Positions 10,761 to 23,640 of a DNA stretch of 64,000 nucleotides are shown here, in pieces. Source of the stretch: Octopus sinensis (Eukaryota). Numbering within the stretch: position 1 is the first letter of the stretch; each line of letters opens with the position of its first letter. The notes below the pieces were generated by a model, which did not search any database, was not told the DNA's origin, and saw nothing but the letters and a program-made list of their open reading frames with translations. Position numbers and translations under genes: made by a program. The stretch spans positions 75,826,001-75,890,000 of the forward strand of contig NC_042999.1 of assembly GCF_006345805.1 (NCBI RefSeq). The letters are read 5' to 3'.

Positions 10761-11389
10761 GGATGTGTGTATTTTTCCCTTGCTTACAATTCACACGAAA
10801 AAAATAGATAAACAGTTACGAGGGCAGCAAAAAACCACACAAGTAATAAGGACGTAACACCCTGTTAAACACTAGTGTTATTCAATTTCTTTTACTTCCG
10901 ACATATGTTTCGAAGCCAACATTGTTATTATTCCAAATGAATAAATTGGTGTAAAACAATGTAATCTTCTCATCAGGGAAACAAACGAAACTCATCAATA
11001 GGACATTTTTACAGAATGTGATGGATGTGTATAATAATGAACGGAACGCTATTAAGTCTTTTTAAAAAAACCGTTAGAAGATATAACGCCAAAGGAAGCC
11101 TATAGAGAGAGAATGGGTAAATGAAAGAAATAAGCAGAAAACTAATAAAGGAGAAGTATAGAACGATACGTGAATTAAAATAAAAGCTTAAATGCTTGGA
11201 AAAAGATATATCTAGTGTAAGTGAAATGTAAGGAGAAAATCAATGTTCAAATTATATATAACGGTAGATATCACTTACATGAACTACAAGTATGTTTCTG
11301 CTAATGCTTACATCGATAAACACGGTCCTTAACCGTGTTTACAAGGGGATTCTTAGAAAATGGAATAGAAAATAGTTCATTATTACAGA

Positions 11390-11390
<1 letters not shown>
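10760..11390 (-). mobile_element. HHR-bearing PLE pLTR-like/non-autonomous element, copy 1
   Basis: A diverged homolog lies at 11535-12139 with the same ends. Flanked by (TA)n. Confidence 0.65.
10891..10985 (-). ncRNA. Type I hammerhead ribozyme, canonical core
   Basis: Minus strand reads UUUGUUUCC CUGAUGA GAAG...(acauuguu/aacaaugu)...CUUC GAAA CAUAUG UC GGAAGUAAA. 9-bp helix I with G-U pairs. Confidence 0.9.
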
Positions 11391-11426
<36 letters not shown>

Positions 11427-11430
11427 TAAA

Positions 11431-11468
<38 letters not shown>

Positions 11469-11534
11469 TTATATATATTTACATATTAATTTATCTATCC
11501 ATATATTTCTCTATATATATATGTATTTTTATAT

Positions 11535-12139
11535 ATAAATAGATGACTGTATTTTTGCCTTGTTAACGATTAACACGGAAAAAAAAAATAAATAATTACC
11601 AGGGTAGCAAAAAATCACACAAGTAAAGTAACTCCTTGTTTTTAAAGGTAGAAACTTCGGGTTTACGTGGAATTTTTTGTAATATATATAAATAAATAAA
11701 TGGAGTTTAACGCAGGTATAAATCAGATCTTTTTACTTTCGACACATGTTTTGAAGATTTCACTGATATTATTCAAAAGAATAAATGGTATAAAACAATG
11801 CAATCTTCTGTTCAGGGAAGTGAAAAAACGAAACTCGTCAATAAGACATTTTAGCAAAAAATGATGGCTATGTATTGTGATTTACTGAACGCTGTTAATA
11901 TTGTTTGAAAAAACGTTATATGATATAGCGTCAGATGTAGCTTAAAGAAAGAGTAGGGATATTAATAGTGAATGTTAAATATAAAAGAAATTAATGTTTA
12001 AATTATATATAATGATAGAGATTACTTACATGCACTAAAGGTGTGTTTTTGCCAATGTTTACATCGGTATGCACGCTCTATAACCGTGTTTACTGGGGGA
12101 TTTTTAGAAAAAATAATGAAAAATAGTTCAGAATTACAG
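11535..12139 (-). mobile_element. HHR-bearing element, copy 2, with inactivated core
   Basis: Homologous to 10760-11390. The core at 11732-11822 reads CUGAACA...AAAA-CAUGUG-UC. Confidence 0.6.
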
Positions 12140-13440
12140 AGAAGACAGAATTCCTTGCCTTTGTCATAAGGTATCGAGATTCCTGCCTAATGGCTCACTG
12201 ACTGCGGAGCCCAAATGGATAAGTGAAGTGCTCAGTGCGCAATTCAAGAGTGTTTTCACTTCTCATCTGAGTCACATGCAGATAAAGAACCCAGCTGATT
12301 TCTTTGACAATATCACTTAGCAGAAAAAAGACTGCATCCATTACCTACATTGACATTGACGAGGAAGATGTAATAGCAGCCATAAAGGAAATTAGCTCAA
12401 ATTCGGCAACAGGCCCCGATGGTTTCCCAGCTGTCCTCCTAAAGTCATGTAAACAAGAATTAGCGGGACCGCTCCGGATATTCTTCCAGAGTTTCCTTGC
12501 AAGTGGTAAACTTCCCAAAAAGCTGAAGGAAGGCATCATATGTCTTATCTATAAAGGTGGAAGCAGAGCAGAAACTGGGAACTGCAGGCCCATCTCTCTG
12601 ACTTCACATATTAGCAAAGTCATGGAACAAATTGTCAGGAGGTTGGTTGCGTTCCTAGAAGAAAATGACTTGCTGAATGAGACCCAGCATGGCTTCCGTC
12701 CAGGTAGAAGGTGCCTCACGCAGCTCTTGCAGCATTATGACTGGGTTCTGAAGAAGCTACTTGACCATTCAAATGTTGATGTGATATATCCCTACTTTGC
12801 AAGGGCCTTTGACAAAGCTGATCATGGCTTGATATGTCACAAGCTGCGAAGCCTTGGCATAGCTGGTAAATTAGGAGAGTGGCTGCATGACTTCCTGAAT
12901 AGTAGAAGTCAAGCAGTTGCAGCCGATGGAAAATTATCTAGGGAAACGCAAATATTGAGCTGTGTTCCACAAGGAACTGTCCTGGGGCCACTACTGTTCA
13001 TAGTAGCCCTTCTGGACATGTCCACGGTCACTTGGACAGCCATTATCACTAGCTACGCTGATAACACAAAACTATCTCAGGCAATAAAGAATCCTGATGT
13101 TGTCAGAAGCCTACCTAAATGCAATATACAAGTCGGCAGAGTAAAATAATATGCAGTTCAATGCTAAATGCGCTACAAGGCAACAAGTGCCTCCCAACTG
13201 GCATACACAGGACCTGGAGGTACTGCAGTCCCAGAACCACAATAAGTGAGAGGCCTTGGCATCAGCATATGTAGTGATGCATCATTTCACATGCACATTG
13301 TCAAGTTGACAGCAAAGTGCAGAAAACTGGCAGGGTGGACACCGAGGACATTCAGAACAAGGGATCAAAAAGTCATGTTGACTCTATGCAAGACATTTAT
13401 TGTGAGCCGCCTAGACTATTGCTCTCAGTTGTGGTCACTA
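12140..13440 (+). mobile_element. CR1/L2-group LINE RT remnant
   Basis: The 281-aa ORF has GPDGF, NCRPISLTS, FARAFDKADH, VPQGTVLGPLLF and SYADNT. Homology continues to SRLDYCSQLWS at about 13437. Confidence 0.9.
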
Positions 13441-13444
13441 CTTA

Positions 13445-14172
13445 GTTGTGTCAATGCACTTAGGATGGCTTCAGCGCGAAGAAGGAAAAGTGAAGAGCAG
13501 CGTTGTGATCGGTTACCACGTATTGCTGCGAAACGAGCCGCCCAGAGCAACGAGCAACGTTCAGCACGCCGAACAAGAAATGTTTCTTCAACTGCTGCTG
13601 CACGAGTTGCAGAGACTGCAGCACAACGCGCAGTTCGACTTACAAGAGATGCTGCAGCAATTGCTGCTGCGTGCGCTACAGAGATTACAGGGGAATGACA
13701 ACAACGACTGGAGGCTACAACTCAGCGATGGGCTGTACGACGTTCCTACTCAAAGCCATGCTCCTCGCGTTAGTCAATGACAGCATTCAACTACGATCCT
13801 ACAGTTGACTAGAGTAATCAACCTAAAGTTCAAATAGGTTGTATGTCCACAATCTGCAATTTTGCGGAACTAAAATGTGGCCTGGAGAAACTCCCGACAT
13901 GTGCTGCTCCAACAGTAAGATTACAGTACCTCTTCTACAAAATCCTCCACCCCTTTTGACGGATCTTTTGACAGTGGCGTCTCATGACTTTCTCAAGCAG
14001 TTACGTGCCTACAAACGACTTCCTTTGGCGCCAAATCATACGAGATGGGCATTTCATGCCTTCCTTTAAAGTGCTGCCTCGCCTCAATTTCTTCAGCTCT
14101 ACTTCGTGGGAGACAACGCTGATCAGGCATACTTACCAAAGAGCCCCGGGCAACGCCGGGTACGCCTGATAG
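13445..14172 (+). mobile_element. Internally deleted Helitron (Rep N-terminal region plus 3' hairpin)
   Basis: Peptides include EQR..RL-type charged repeats and FCGTKMWPGETPDMCCSNSKITVPLLQNPPPLL...FLKQLRAY (Helitron Rep-associated motif). The 3' hairpin CCCGG-gcaacg-CCGGG (14145-14160) is followed by ATAG|T, resembling the CTRR terminus. Confidence 0.7.
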
Positions 14173-15609
14173 TATATGTGTGTATGTGTGCGCGCGCGTG
14201 TGAGCGACGTAGTTTCCACCTACTAAATTTAGTCACAAGGTATTGGTCGGCCTGAAGCTATGGCTGTAAACACCTACCCAAGGTGCCGCACAGTGGAACT
14301 GAAAGCGAAACTGCAAGGCGAACTTCTTAACCGCTCAGTCACAGTTAACAGTTAACTCGGTAATATCAACATTCGAATTTTCAGTGCTTTAGATTTTATA
14401 ATAATTATAGTTATTATGATTTTATTATTATAATTTTATACTAATTATAGAGTTTATAATAACAGTAGTTAATGATCCCATTTCTATGAATAACCAACGT
14501 GTCAAAACTAACTTTGGAAACCAAAATCAATTAATATATTTATAATCCTATTAAATCTACCATATTTGATTTAAATGCAACCCCACTGTTAAAACTAACT
14601 GTAATTTTTAAAATTCACTATTTTAAATTCTCAAAATTTGTATCACAGCCTGTTTAATAAAACTGCTATAAAATATATTGAATGTAAAAATTCAAATTTT
14701 GATACTACCCACTTAAATTGTATATAATTCTTTATAAAGTACAATTTAAGCTTTTATGCTTGTTCTGTTGGCCCCGTATTTATTTTCTCACCAAAATACG
14801 CCTACAATAGACCTAGAATAGTCACACCCCATTTAAAGTTAGAATTGTAAACTAATGACCTTGACCATAACAGCTAAATATAATCCATCTTTCTATTCCG
14901 TAGCAGTATACCATCCCACTGACGCCATATTTAGCATTATTTCCTCTTATCTCCTTTCCTCTGCTCCTCCCTACTCGCTTCTTTATCTGTCTTCCAATTT
15001 TCCCTATTTATCTTGTTATTCCAAAACATCAATTTCTATTTTGTGTCACTATTCTCTTTATAATCTTCATATTCTCTTCCGCTACTCTCTGTTGTTTTGA
15101 TCAATTCCACACCTCAGTACTGCTAATTTTCTAAATTTATTTTAAAGTCCTCAACGTAACCCAAATTTACTAGTAATACTTTTACTGTTATAACCTCCAT
15201 CCTCTCACTCCTTACTCTAAGTGACTCTATTAACATGCAGCATCCTTTCCATATATTTACTTGTTGGTAAGTTTCACATATCAAAGTACACAGCCGGTTT
15301 GTTAGGGGTAAAAAAATAGATATTGCTATGCACACTCCGAGAAATTTATCATTGAAAGATCAATGAAGCTACAATATCTGTATTTATGTTGTTTCATTGA
15401 TAACACAAAAAGTATTTGATAACAATAAGCTACGAAGAAGTCATCATCTTAGAAGGTATAAAGTTAAATAGAAAAGTCTTACGATTAATCAAAAATATAT
15501 TGGCAACAAGCAGTAGCAATTAGATTCGGAAAATCCTTAATTCATTAATTCTAATGGATTTAATCTGGAAAGAAAAAATCATCAATTGAGTTATCAGCTG
15601 CTAAAGTGT

Positions 15610-16890
15610 GTATACATTTTTTGGAACCCTGTATATGTATACCTTGATTTTGCAAAAGCTTTTGACAAGGTGGATCATGGTATGATATGCCACAAACTAC
15701 GTGACCTCGGCATAGCTGGAAAACTTGATGTGTGGTCGCATCACTTCCTGAAAGATAGGAGTCACGCAGTAGTGGTTAATGGAGCCACCTCTATGAACAC
15801 ACAAATAGTGAGCGGTGTTCCACAGGGCACTGTCTTGGAACCACTGCTTTTTATAGTGGCCCTCTCAGATATGCCCTCAAATGCCCGGATAGCCACTCTG
15901 GCCAGCTATGCAGACGATACGAAAGTCTCGCAGAAAATACAGAACCCCAGCGATGCTGCACACCTGCAGCAGGAGTTGAACTCAATCTACAGATGGGCTG
16001 AGAATAATAATATGCAGTTTAATGCTGAAAAATTCCAGGCCCTGCGCTACCAGCATCCAAAACTGAATATTAAACTTACAGGATACACCGGTCCACAGGA
16101 AATTTCAATCCCAGAGCCTAAGGCTGTGAGGGACCTGGGTATCGACATGAGTGATGATACCTCTTTCCAAGTGCACATTACCAGGATGGCGACAAAGTGC
16201 AGACGACTGACTGGGTGGATCCTAAGAACATTCAGAACCAGAGATAAGGAAACCATGATGGTCCTCTGGCGGACATTCGTCCTCAGTCGCCTGGATTACT
16301 GCTCACAGCTATGGTCACCCACCAGTGTAAAATTAACAGCAGACCTTGAAGCAATCCAGAGAAGATTCACAAAGAAGATCGTCTTTTTGCAACAGCTCAG
16401 CTACTGGGAAAGGTTGAAACAGCTAAGACTCTACTCCCTGGAGAGAAGACGTGAGAGGTATGCAGTAATATATGTCTGGAAGATCCTGGAAGGAATTGTG
16501 CCAAATTTTGGCATTGTAAGCTACACCAATGCTACAACGGGACGACACTGCATAGTGCCAAAGATCTCAGCAATGCCATCACGCTTCAGGACCAGCTTCT
16601 GCAACAGCCTAGGTTTCAAGGGCCCACAGCTTTTTAATATTCTCCCAAAGAGTCTGAGGAACTTGCACAAAGTAGATGTAGTGGTTTTTAAATCAAAGCT
16701 GGACATCTTCCTGTCAAGAGTCCCAGATGAACCTACCTCACGGCAAGAGGTGCAAATGAGAGTAGCTGTATCAAACTCCATTCTTCACCAAGTGCCACAT
16801 ATTAGACGAGGTTCGTCGTAATAACAGTGTAGCACAAAACGGCGGTGCATCAGCATGGCTGCAGCTCTGAGCTGAAACCAGGAAAAAAAA
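15610..16890 (+). mobile_element. 5'-truncated CR1/L2-group LINE with uninterrupted RT C-terminal half and 3' UTR
   Basis: ORF 15586-16821 contains YLDFAKAFDKVDH, PQGTVLEPLLF, SYADDT, LEAIQRRFTK and FKSKLDIFLSRVPDEP. The 3' tail ends in an A-run. Confidence 0.95.
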
Positions 16891-17044
16891 TGTACATGTA
16901 TAACTTAGAATAACTTAGAAAGGTTTTGGCCAGTATTCTTAAACGACTACTGAAGACATCCTATGCAGAGAAATAACGCAAGGTGAAGCCCCTAGACAAG
17001 CAGAACCGCCCCCCCCCCCAACCACAACCACCTGCCGTTCATTT

Positions 17045-17290
17045 TGGAGGAGCGTAGCTTAGTGCTTAGGGTGTTAGAATGATGATCGCAAGATTGAGGT
17101 TTCGATTCCTGGACCAAGCGATGCGTGTGTTCTTGAGCAAAACACTTCATTTCACGTTGCTCCAGTCCACTCAGCTGACAAAATGAGTAATCCCACGACG
17201 GACCTACGTCCTGCCCACGTGGGGAATATATACGCCATGGAAACCAGGAAACTGGCCTCTATAAGTCGGCACGAATCAAGAAGGTGAATT
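17045..17290 (+). mobile_element. tRNA-derived SINE (family C)
   Basis: A-box-like GTAGCTTAGTG, B-box-like GGTTTCGATTCC, and core TTTCACGTTGCTCCAGTCCACTCAGCTG shared with the element at 34370-34615. Confidence 0.65.
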
Positions 17291-17550
17291 TATCTTTGCC
17301 TTTATTTACATGTAGTTCATTAGACTTCATATGCGATGACAAAGTCTTTAACAATTGTAGAACACTCGAAGATGACCAAGAGGAAGATGAAAAAGGCAGA
17401 GAGAAAAGCTAACTGCTGGACTTACCAGCAATTGATTAAAAGACCGACTCAGTTATTTACTGAGTTGTTTGTGGGACTTGGAGGCCCATGATTGTCGGCG
17501 CCTGTAGAGATGGAGTATAAAGAAAGAGCTGTCCTCGGTAAAAGTTCGTT

Positions 17551-17760
17551 GTCACTGTTGTATGTATGTATGTATGTATGTATGTATGTATTATGTATGT
17601 ATGTATGTATGTATGTATGTATGTATGTATGCATGCATGTATGTATGCATATATGTATGTGTGTATGCATATGTGCGTATGTTTGCATGAATGTTTATAT
17701 AATATGTATATTTGTATGTATTTATATATATGTGTCTGTGTATGTATGTGTATATACATG
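17551..17760. repeat. (TATG)n compound microsatellite
   Basis: Directly visible. Confidence 0.9.
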
Positions 17761-18059
17761 CGTACATTCCATCTCGCTGGTCGTAGGAAGGGAACTTTCT
17801 CTTTTGTCAGTCGTTAGAAAAGTGCACTCACGTTGTTTTGACTCTTATTTCTAGCAATGCTGATTCTTAGTAGCACCCTCCATCACTTTAGTGATGACTG
17901 TACTTGTTGCCTATTGGTTCTAAATTGCGAACAGCCATCTTGATGTGTGTGCATGTTTGAGAATGAGTTTCAATGCGGATATGTTGAAACATGAATTAAA
18001 CTGCATACACGAACACGTGCGAGCGTATATGTTATGTGTGTGTGTGCGCGCGCGCGCAT

Positions 18060-18253
18060 GTGCACGTGTTTGTCTTTGTGTCTGTGTTACGTCTCCGTAA
18101 CTTAGCGGTTCGGCACAAGAGACCGATAGAACAAGTATTAGGCTATATAAAAAATAAGCCCTGGGGTCGATTTGTTCGACTAAAACCCTTCAAAGCGGTG
18201 CTCCAGCATGGCTGCAGTCAAATGACTGTAACTAACAGGTAAAAGAGTAAAAG

Positions 18254-18255
<2 letters not shown>
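18060..18255 (+). mobile_element. SINE family A, 3' half
   Basis: CGTAACTTAGCGGTTCGGC...GCGGTGCTCCAGCATGGCTGCAGTCAAATGACTG. Confidence 0.8.
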
Positions 18256-18318
<63 letters not shown>

Positions 18319-19143
18319 TTTGTAACTCTAGAAATCATCGGATTTATGTTAGGACTAGATGTTAAATTTTGCAACTTATTGACAATGTGGGAATGAAAAA
18401 TCTGTATACTGACTTGTGGTACGTTTACATGTTTACTTATCAGAATGCGAATTTTCGTGTTGGTGGATGTGTTGTCATCATCGTCATTGTTGTTATTGCT
18501 ATTGTTGCTGCCGTTGTTATTGCTTATGTCTTTGGTCAACCCTGATTGAACAGATATATGGTAAAAAGCGTTTCTGTAGTGACCATCACGTCCAGGCATA
18601 GCATAACTGAACGTACTGGAGCATGTTAATGAATCATTCAGAAATTTCAGTTATGACGCTAGCAATTGTACCTTATATCATACACACTACATGCTTAGAG
18701 CTAAACGAGTCATCTTTTTTCGAGTATCTGAGATTGGAGGAAAACAATGGCATTCTTCTGAATGCTTTCGACAAAGTGGCCTCCGATAAATCACCCATTA
18801 ACCAGGTGTTGATGTTTGAACAGGATCACGCTGTCCAGTGGGTTGCCACATAGTTTCAAACAAATTTTATACAGATTTTGGTTGACTGAAGCTTATGGCG
18901 GGGAAAACACTTGCTCAAGGTAACACATAACATACTGGATTCCGAACTGCATAGTTGTGAATCGAACTCTTTGCAGATGGCTTACGAAAGCCTGATTACA
19001 TGGTCCATGCCAACGCCTTGAAGTAGCAGGTACGAATCCCTAAAATCGAGCCTTACTGTCTTAAAAACATTCAATTTTGTAGTACTAGCCATTCCTTTAA
19101 AAACCCTAGATGGCCAAGACTGGAATAATTTTCAGTATGTGTA

Positions 19144-19352
19144 CGAGAAGGTGGGTGTGAAAAGTTCCTGGTTTTAAGGGTGTCGCGAAAAGCCTGGTTG
19201 GAGGCCCAACTTTCCGAGTTTTATAGGGCTTAGAAAAACTGAAGGACCGCTATAAGTGTGTGAATCTGAGAGGGGAATGTGTTGAATAATATCATAACCG
19301 ATCCTCCTGTATTTTCTTCTATCCCAAGCCAGGAAATTTTCAGCAGACTTCG
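19144..19352 (+). mobile_element. Mariner-derived MITE
   Basis: TA-flanked, with imperfect TIRs (CGAG...TGAAAAGTTCCTGG / CCAGGAAATTTTCAG...CTTCG). Retains the transposase C-terminus GLEKLKDRYKCVNLRGECVE*. A second copy lies at 31110. Confidence 0.8.
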
Positions 19353-22300
19353 TATACTCTATATGATGGTAAACTTCGAGAATAAACAACTTCGAGTCTG
19401 ATGTAATACTGGAAACAGGATATTAATCGCCGACTACTCGACATATTGTCCAGTGTTCTATCAACTTAGTGGGGCTGACACAGCGATAAAATGTTTCCTT
19501 GTGTAAAAATTAACGCTTTATCATCAATTTAATATGTATTACAAAATAATTTATTGTCCTTATACTACAAGTATCCTGCTTCTATTGTTGTAGGGTTATT
19601 AACTTCATATCATATTTCATATTTTCTTCTCATGAAGTAAAGCAATACATTATATTAAAAAGCTGCCATTAATTTGCAAATTTCAGTTTCCGGACTATTG
19701 CTACATAAGTATTTTACTTTCCTCTTAGGAGTGTCATACAATACGCTCTTATCTGCTTCCTTTTCTTCATCTTTAGTAGGAATACCTCACGCTTATTACT
19801 TCTGCTTTCATTATTTATTGAGTTATTGATTTAATAATTGGTTTCTGTAGTCACAATCCCCATTTTTAATAGCTTTCACCACTATACTGATCGATTCGAA
19901 GTACTTTTGTTTTGTTTTTCGTGAACAATTATTGCATTGAAAGCTTTGAAAAACAAACGAAATAAGAGGATAGACTAGAAATATTCTCTCGGGGAGGTCT
20001 ATTAATTATTCTTATTATAATTCCTTAAATTTTTGCTACTTTTATCAATAGTTAGCGAAGTGAAATATCATATTTGTCATTGAACATTTCGTGAATACGT
20101 CATCAATTTAAAATGTCCTCAATGATTATCGATATTTCATTTTCCTACTTCCTTCAGTTATTGGAGTGCGGCTATACTGTGGCACAACATTGAAAGGTGT
20201 AGTCGAAGACATTGACGCGCACGCATACATGCACACATACATGCATACATATCAGAAAGAGAGAGAGTGGGAGAAGGAGGGAGAGAGAGCAAGAGAGAAA
20301 GAAAGTGAGAAAAATGCTGAGAAATAGCTGAAAATTCGCCAAATTTTTATGTATATATATCTATTTTTTGTCTAATTAAAGCAAACTTAACTTTTTAACA
20401 TAAGGTGGAAATACTTTTACTTTCCGTATTTGTATGTATGAAAATAAAAACATGGAGACATTTTTTTCACAGAATAAATATTTTCGCATTATAATCTAAC
20501 TGAAAATATATTAGTGTACGTATTCATAGGTTAAGTTTCGCATATATAGCACAAGTGAAAAGCAGAGAAGGAAAATAAGGGAGCACATGTTACTTTGAGC
20601 AGATTCTTTTTTATAAACAAAGGTTTTAGCGAATACAATTGTGTTTTGCGGTAAAAAGGGATTTTGTAGAGGAAGAAAATAATCTTTAACTTACCGGGAT
20701 CCGGTTTACATTGATATTCAATGTTTCCAAAGTTTTGGGTAATTTTTTCCATGTGCAAAATTCATGAACAAGGAGGCAAGCTGAAGGATACATTATCTTA
20801 ATATATTTTCATTTTCATAATTTTATAAGGTCGATATTTCGTGATGTTATTCCACTCACCATAATTTAACAAGCAACATTTGAATTACTTATTTTCTTTT
20901 TTTAAACTTAAAGTTTTAAGATACTTATGTAAATTTTATTGGTATATTATTTGTTAGCATGGAAAAAGCGGTTGTCATGTTTTGGAAAATGCATTACATC
21001 TATAAAAGCATATTTTTAAACAGTCTTATTCTTTGTAATAATACAATAATGCGAGTATTATTTCCCATATATTTTTGTCAACACAAATTTTCATCACTTT
21101 CAATTCTGAGTGCTATTTGCTGTTTTCTCCAAAATGTTCCTTTCTATATGAGGATGTTTTTTTTTTGATATTTTGTCATTCCTTTTCATAATATTATGGA
21201 TTTGGTTAGTATGCTTTGTTTTCTTCGAAACGGAATTCTATCCTCTTCATAATGGCGAAATTCTACACATGAGCTGGTTTGCAATATTTACCGCGTCTTT
21301 TAGCAGGATTTCTTCTTTTGCGCATTGAGATATAGAAAGATTTTAGTTTATTATCTGCATTTTTGTTATATTATATTTTCGAACCATAGATGTGCATTAG
21401 CTTTGTGCATTCTTTATATGTTCTTTCCTCCTGTCCTTTTTATATCATGAAATGTTTCTATTTATTGTATATTCAATATCCATGATTATTGTACACTGAT
21501 AGATTTTGATGTTTTCTCTATTAGGTAGGAAACTATTTTAATGTACAGTCTCATCACAACCTTAGATGGTTGCGTAGTGCTAACACCGCAGGGAACAAAT
21601 CACAGGAGACACGATTTACAGTAGCAGGCTAGTTCATCTGTGAGCAGCATTCATCGTATAATTATATAATATATTGGCACAAGGTGGGAAAGCATTGAGG
21701 TAGTTAACCATTTCACTGGAAAACTAAATTTCGTGGTTATTCCAGTAATGATATTAAGTATCTACCAAAACATAGAACTGGTATTTTCTGCAAGTTCTGT
21801 CGTTTCAATAAACTTGATATCTCCCAACAGAAAATAGTATCAAAGGTCACATTTCTCAACAACTGCTTTACGTTGGTAAGTGTAATGGAATTTTGAGCAG
21901 ATCTATCTGCTTTCCGCAATAGAAGGTTTAATATTCGATTGAATTGCATCCTTTGTACAAGTTTTTTGTTGGAAAAACCCACAAGAAATAGAAACTATAG
22001 TTGATTCTTGCGATTCAGGGAAGCTTGAGCAAATATTTCACGGTCTAGTACAGTAAATTACCGTTCATTTCACTACTTAGTTTCCCATTGGATTATAAGA
22101 TTTATTCCTAGCATTAGTGGAAAATATAAAAAGGAAGAAATATTGGAGAAGAGCATTGAGGCTATCTAAATACTTCCCTGCAACTTATTTTCATCGACCT
22201 TCCAAGTATAAAACCGAAGTCAACCACCGTATGAGCATTGAACTTGGATCATAAAAAGACGCTAAATACTGGAAGCTTTTTATCTGATATTGCGTCGATT

Positions 22301-23169
22301 CTACCAATCTCTCGATATTCTATCGGAATATAAATATTTCTAAGTTTGGCACAAGGACAACAACTTTGAAAGGAGGGGGCAAGTCGATTACAGCATTCCC
22401 ACTGCTTGACTAGGACTTATTTTATCAACCTCGAAAGGATGAAAGGTAAAGTTGACCTCGACAGAATTTAAACTCAGAACGTAAAGATCTGGAAGGAAGG
22501 CTACTGAGAATTCTGGAAGTTCACTGCGTAAGAGTATAATAATGTTACCTCAGGGAGTGTAATAAGAGTTTCAAGAAGAGACACAGTACCTAGTTTGTCT
22601 AAGTGGACTACCAAATAAACTTGATATTATCGAACCCAATAACTTTGGTGCATTTGTATTATTGATACTGGGAGGGAAAATGTTAAAGTCTACTCCTTTT
22701 GCACTGTATTCAAGGTGTTAAGTGCCATAACTGGATAATGCAATATATTTTATCCTACGCTTTCGGGATTCTGTCAATCCGCTTAACTTCTATTAGATTC
22801 TATTCGTTAATTTTTTAGCTGGTTTCAGTAACCAAACTGCGAACACCATAAAATTTCCCCGCCACATTTTAAAATATCTGGAAGAATATAATTACGTTCA
22901 AATGTTGCTGAGGTAAACTTTAACTTTTTCTAAGTACAATATAATAAAGTGAAATGGAAAACTTAGGTCAGCTGACATTTTGTAAGCAATTGGTAGACAA
23001 ATATTTGCTCTGGTAGAATTCAAAACCTAAAAATAGCAAGGAAGGAGGTACCTCAGGTAAATCATGGCCAGGAACAGCTATGCCACACGGACACGGGAAT
23101 GGAATCGGAAATGGAGTCGGAAATGGTCCGAATGACCGGAGTGGTAAGCAGCCTCCCAGGTTCAACAAA

Positions 23170-23640
23170 ACAACCAGAAATCACCAGGAAGAGTTGCTTG
23201 AAGCCGGATTTCACATTCCACTCCAGTTCATCAAAGCAACTGGTTTTGATTGAACTCACTGTGCCATTTGAAAGCAGGATAAAAGAAGCACACAATCAAG
23301 AACGAAAAATACGCCAGTCTAAGAACCTGAGGGAAGTCAACTTTCGGGTCAAAGTCCGCGTCACAGAGGTTGGAATCAGAGGTTTTTTGAGCAAATTTGA
23401 TTACGATCTAACGAAACAACTCTCAGTCTCTGTGAAGAATAGGACCAAAGTTCTAAAGGAAGTATCAGAGATAGCGGAGAGGTGTTCCTGCTGGATCTGG
23501 TCGAAGAGGAAGAAAAACGACATTCAGACTATTTGAAGGAAATATTTTTGTATTTTAATACTAAGAGAAGTAACTTTGAGTGAGTCACCGTGATAGCGTA
23601 GACGTTCCACTGCCACCAAGACAACCGACGTTATTTCTTA
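23170..23640 (+). mobile_element. HERO/R2-like non-LTR restriction-like endonuclease remnant
   Basis: LKPDFTFHS.SSKQLVLIELTVPFESRIKEAH...EVGIRGF...AERCSCWIWSKR matches the PD-(D/E)xK RLE motif pattern. Confidence 0.75.

Noticed and set aside
14480-15350. Purine-skewed segment as a coding remnant
   Set aside because: No convincing motif in any frame I could read.
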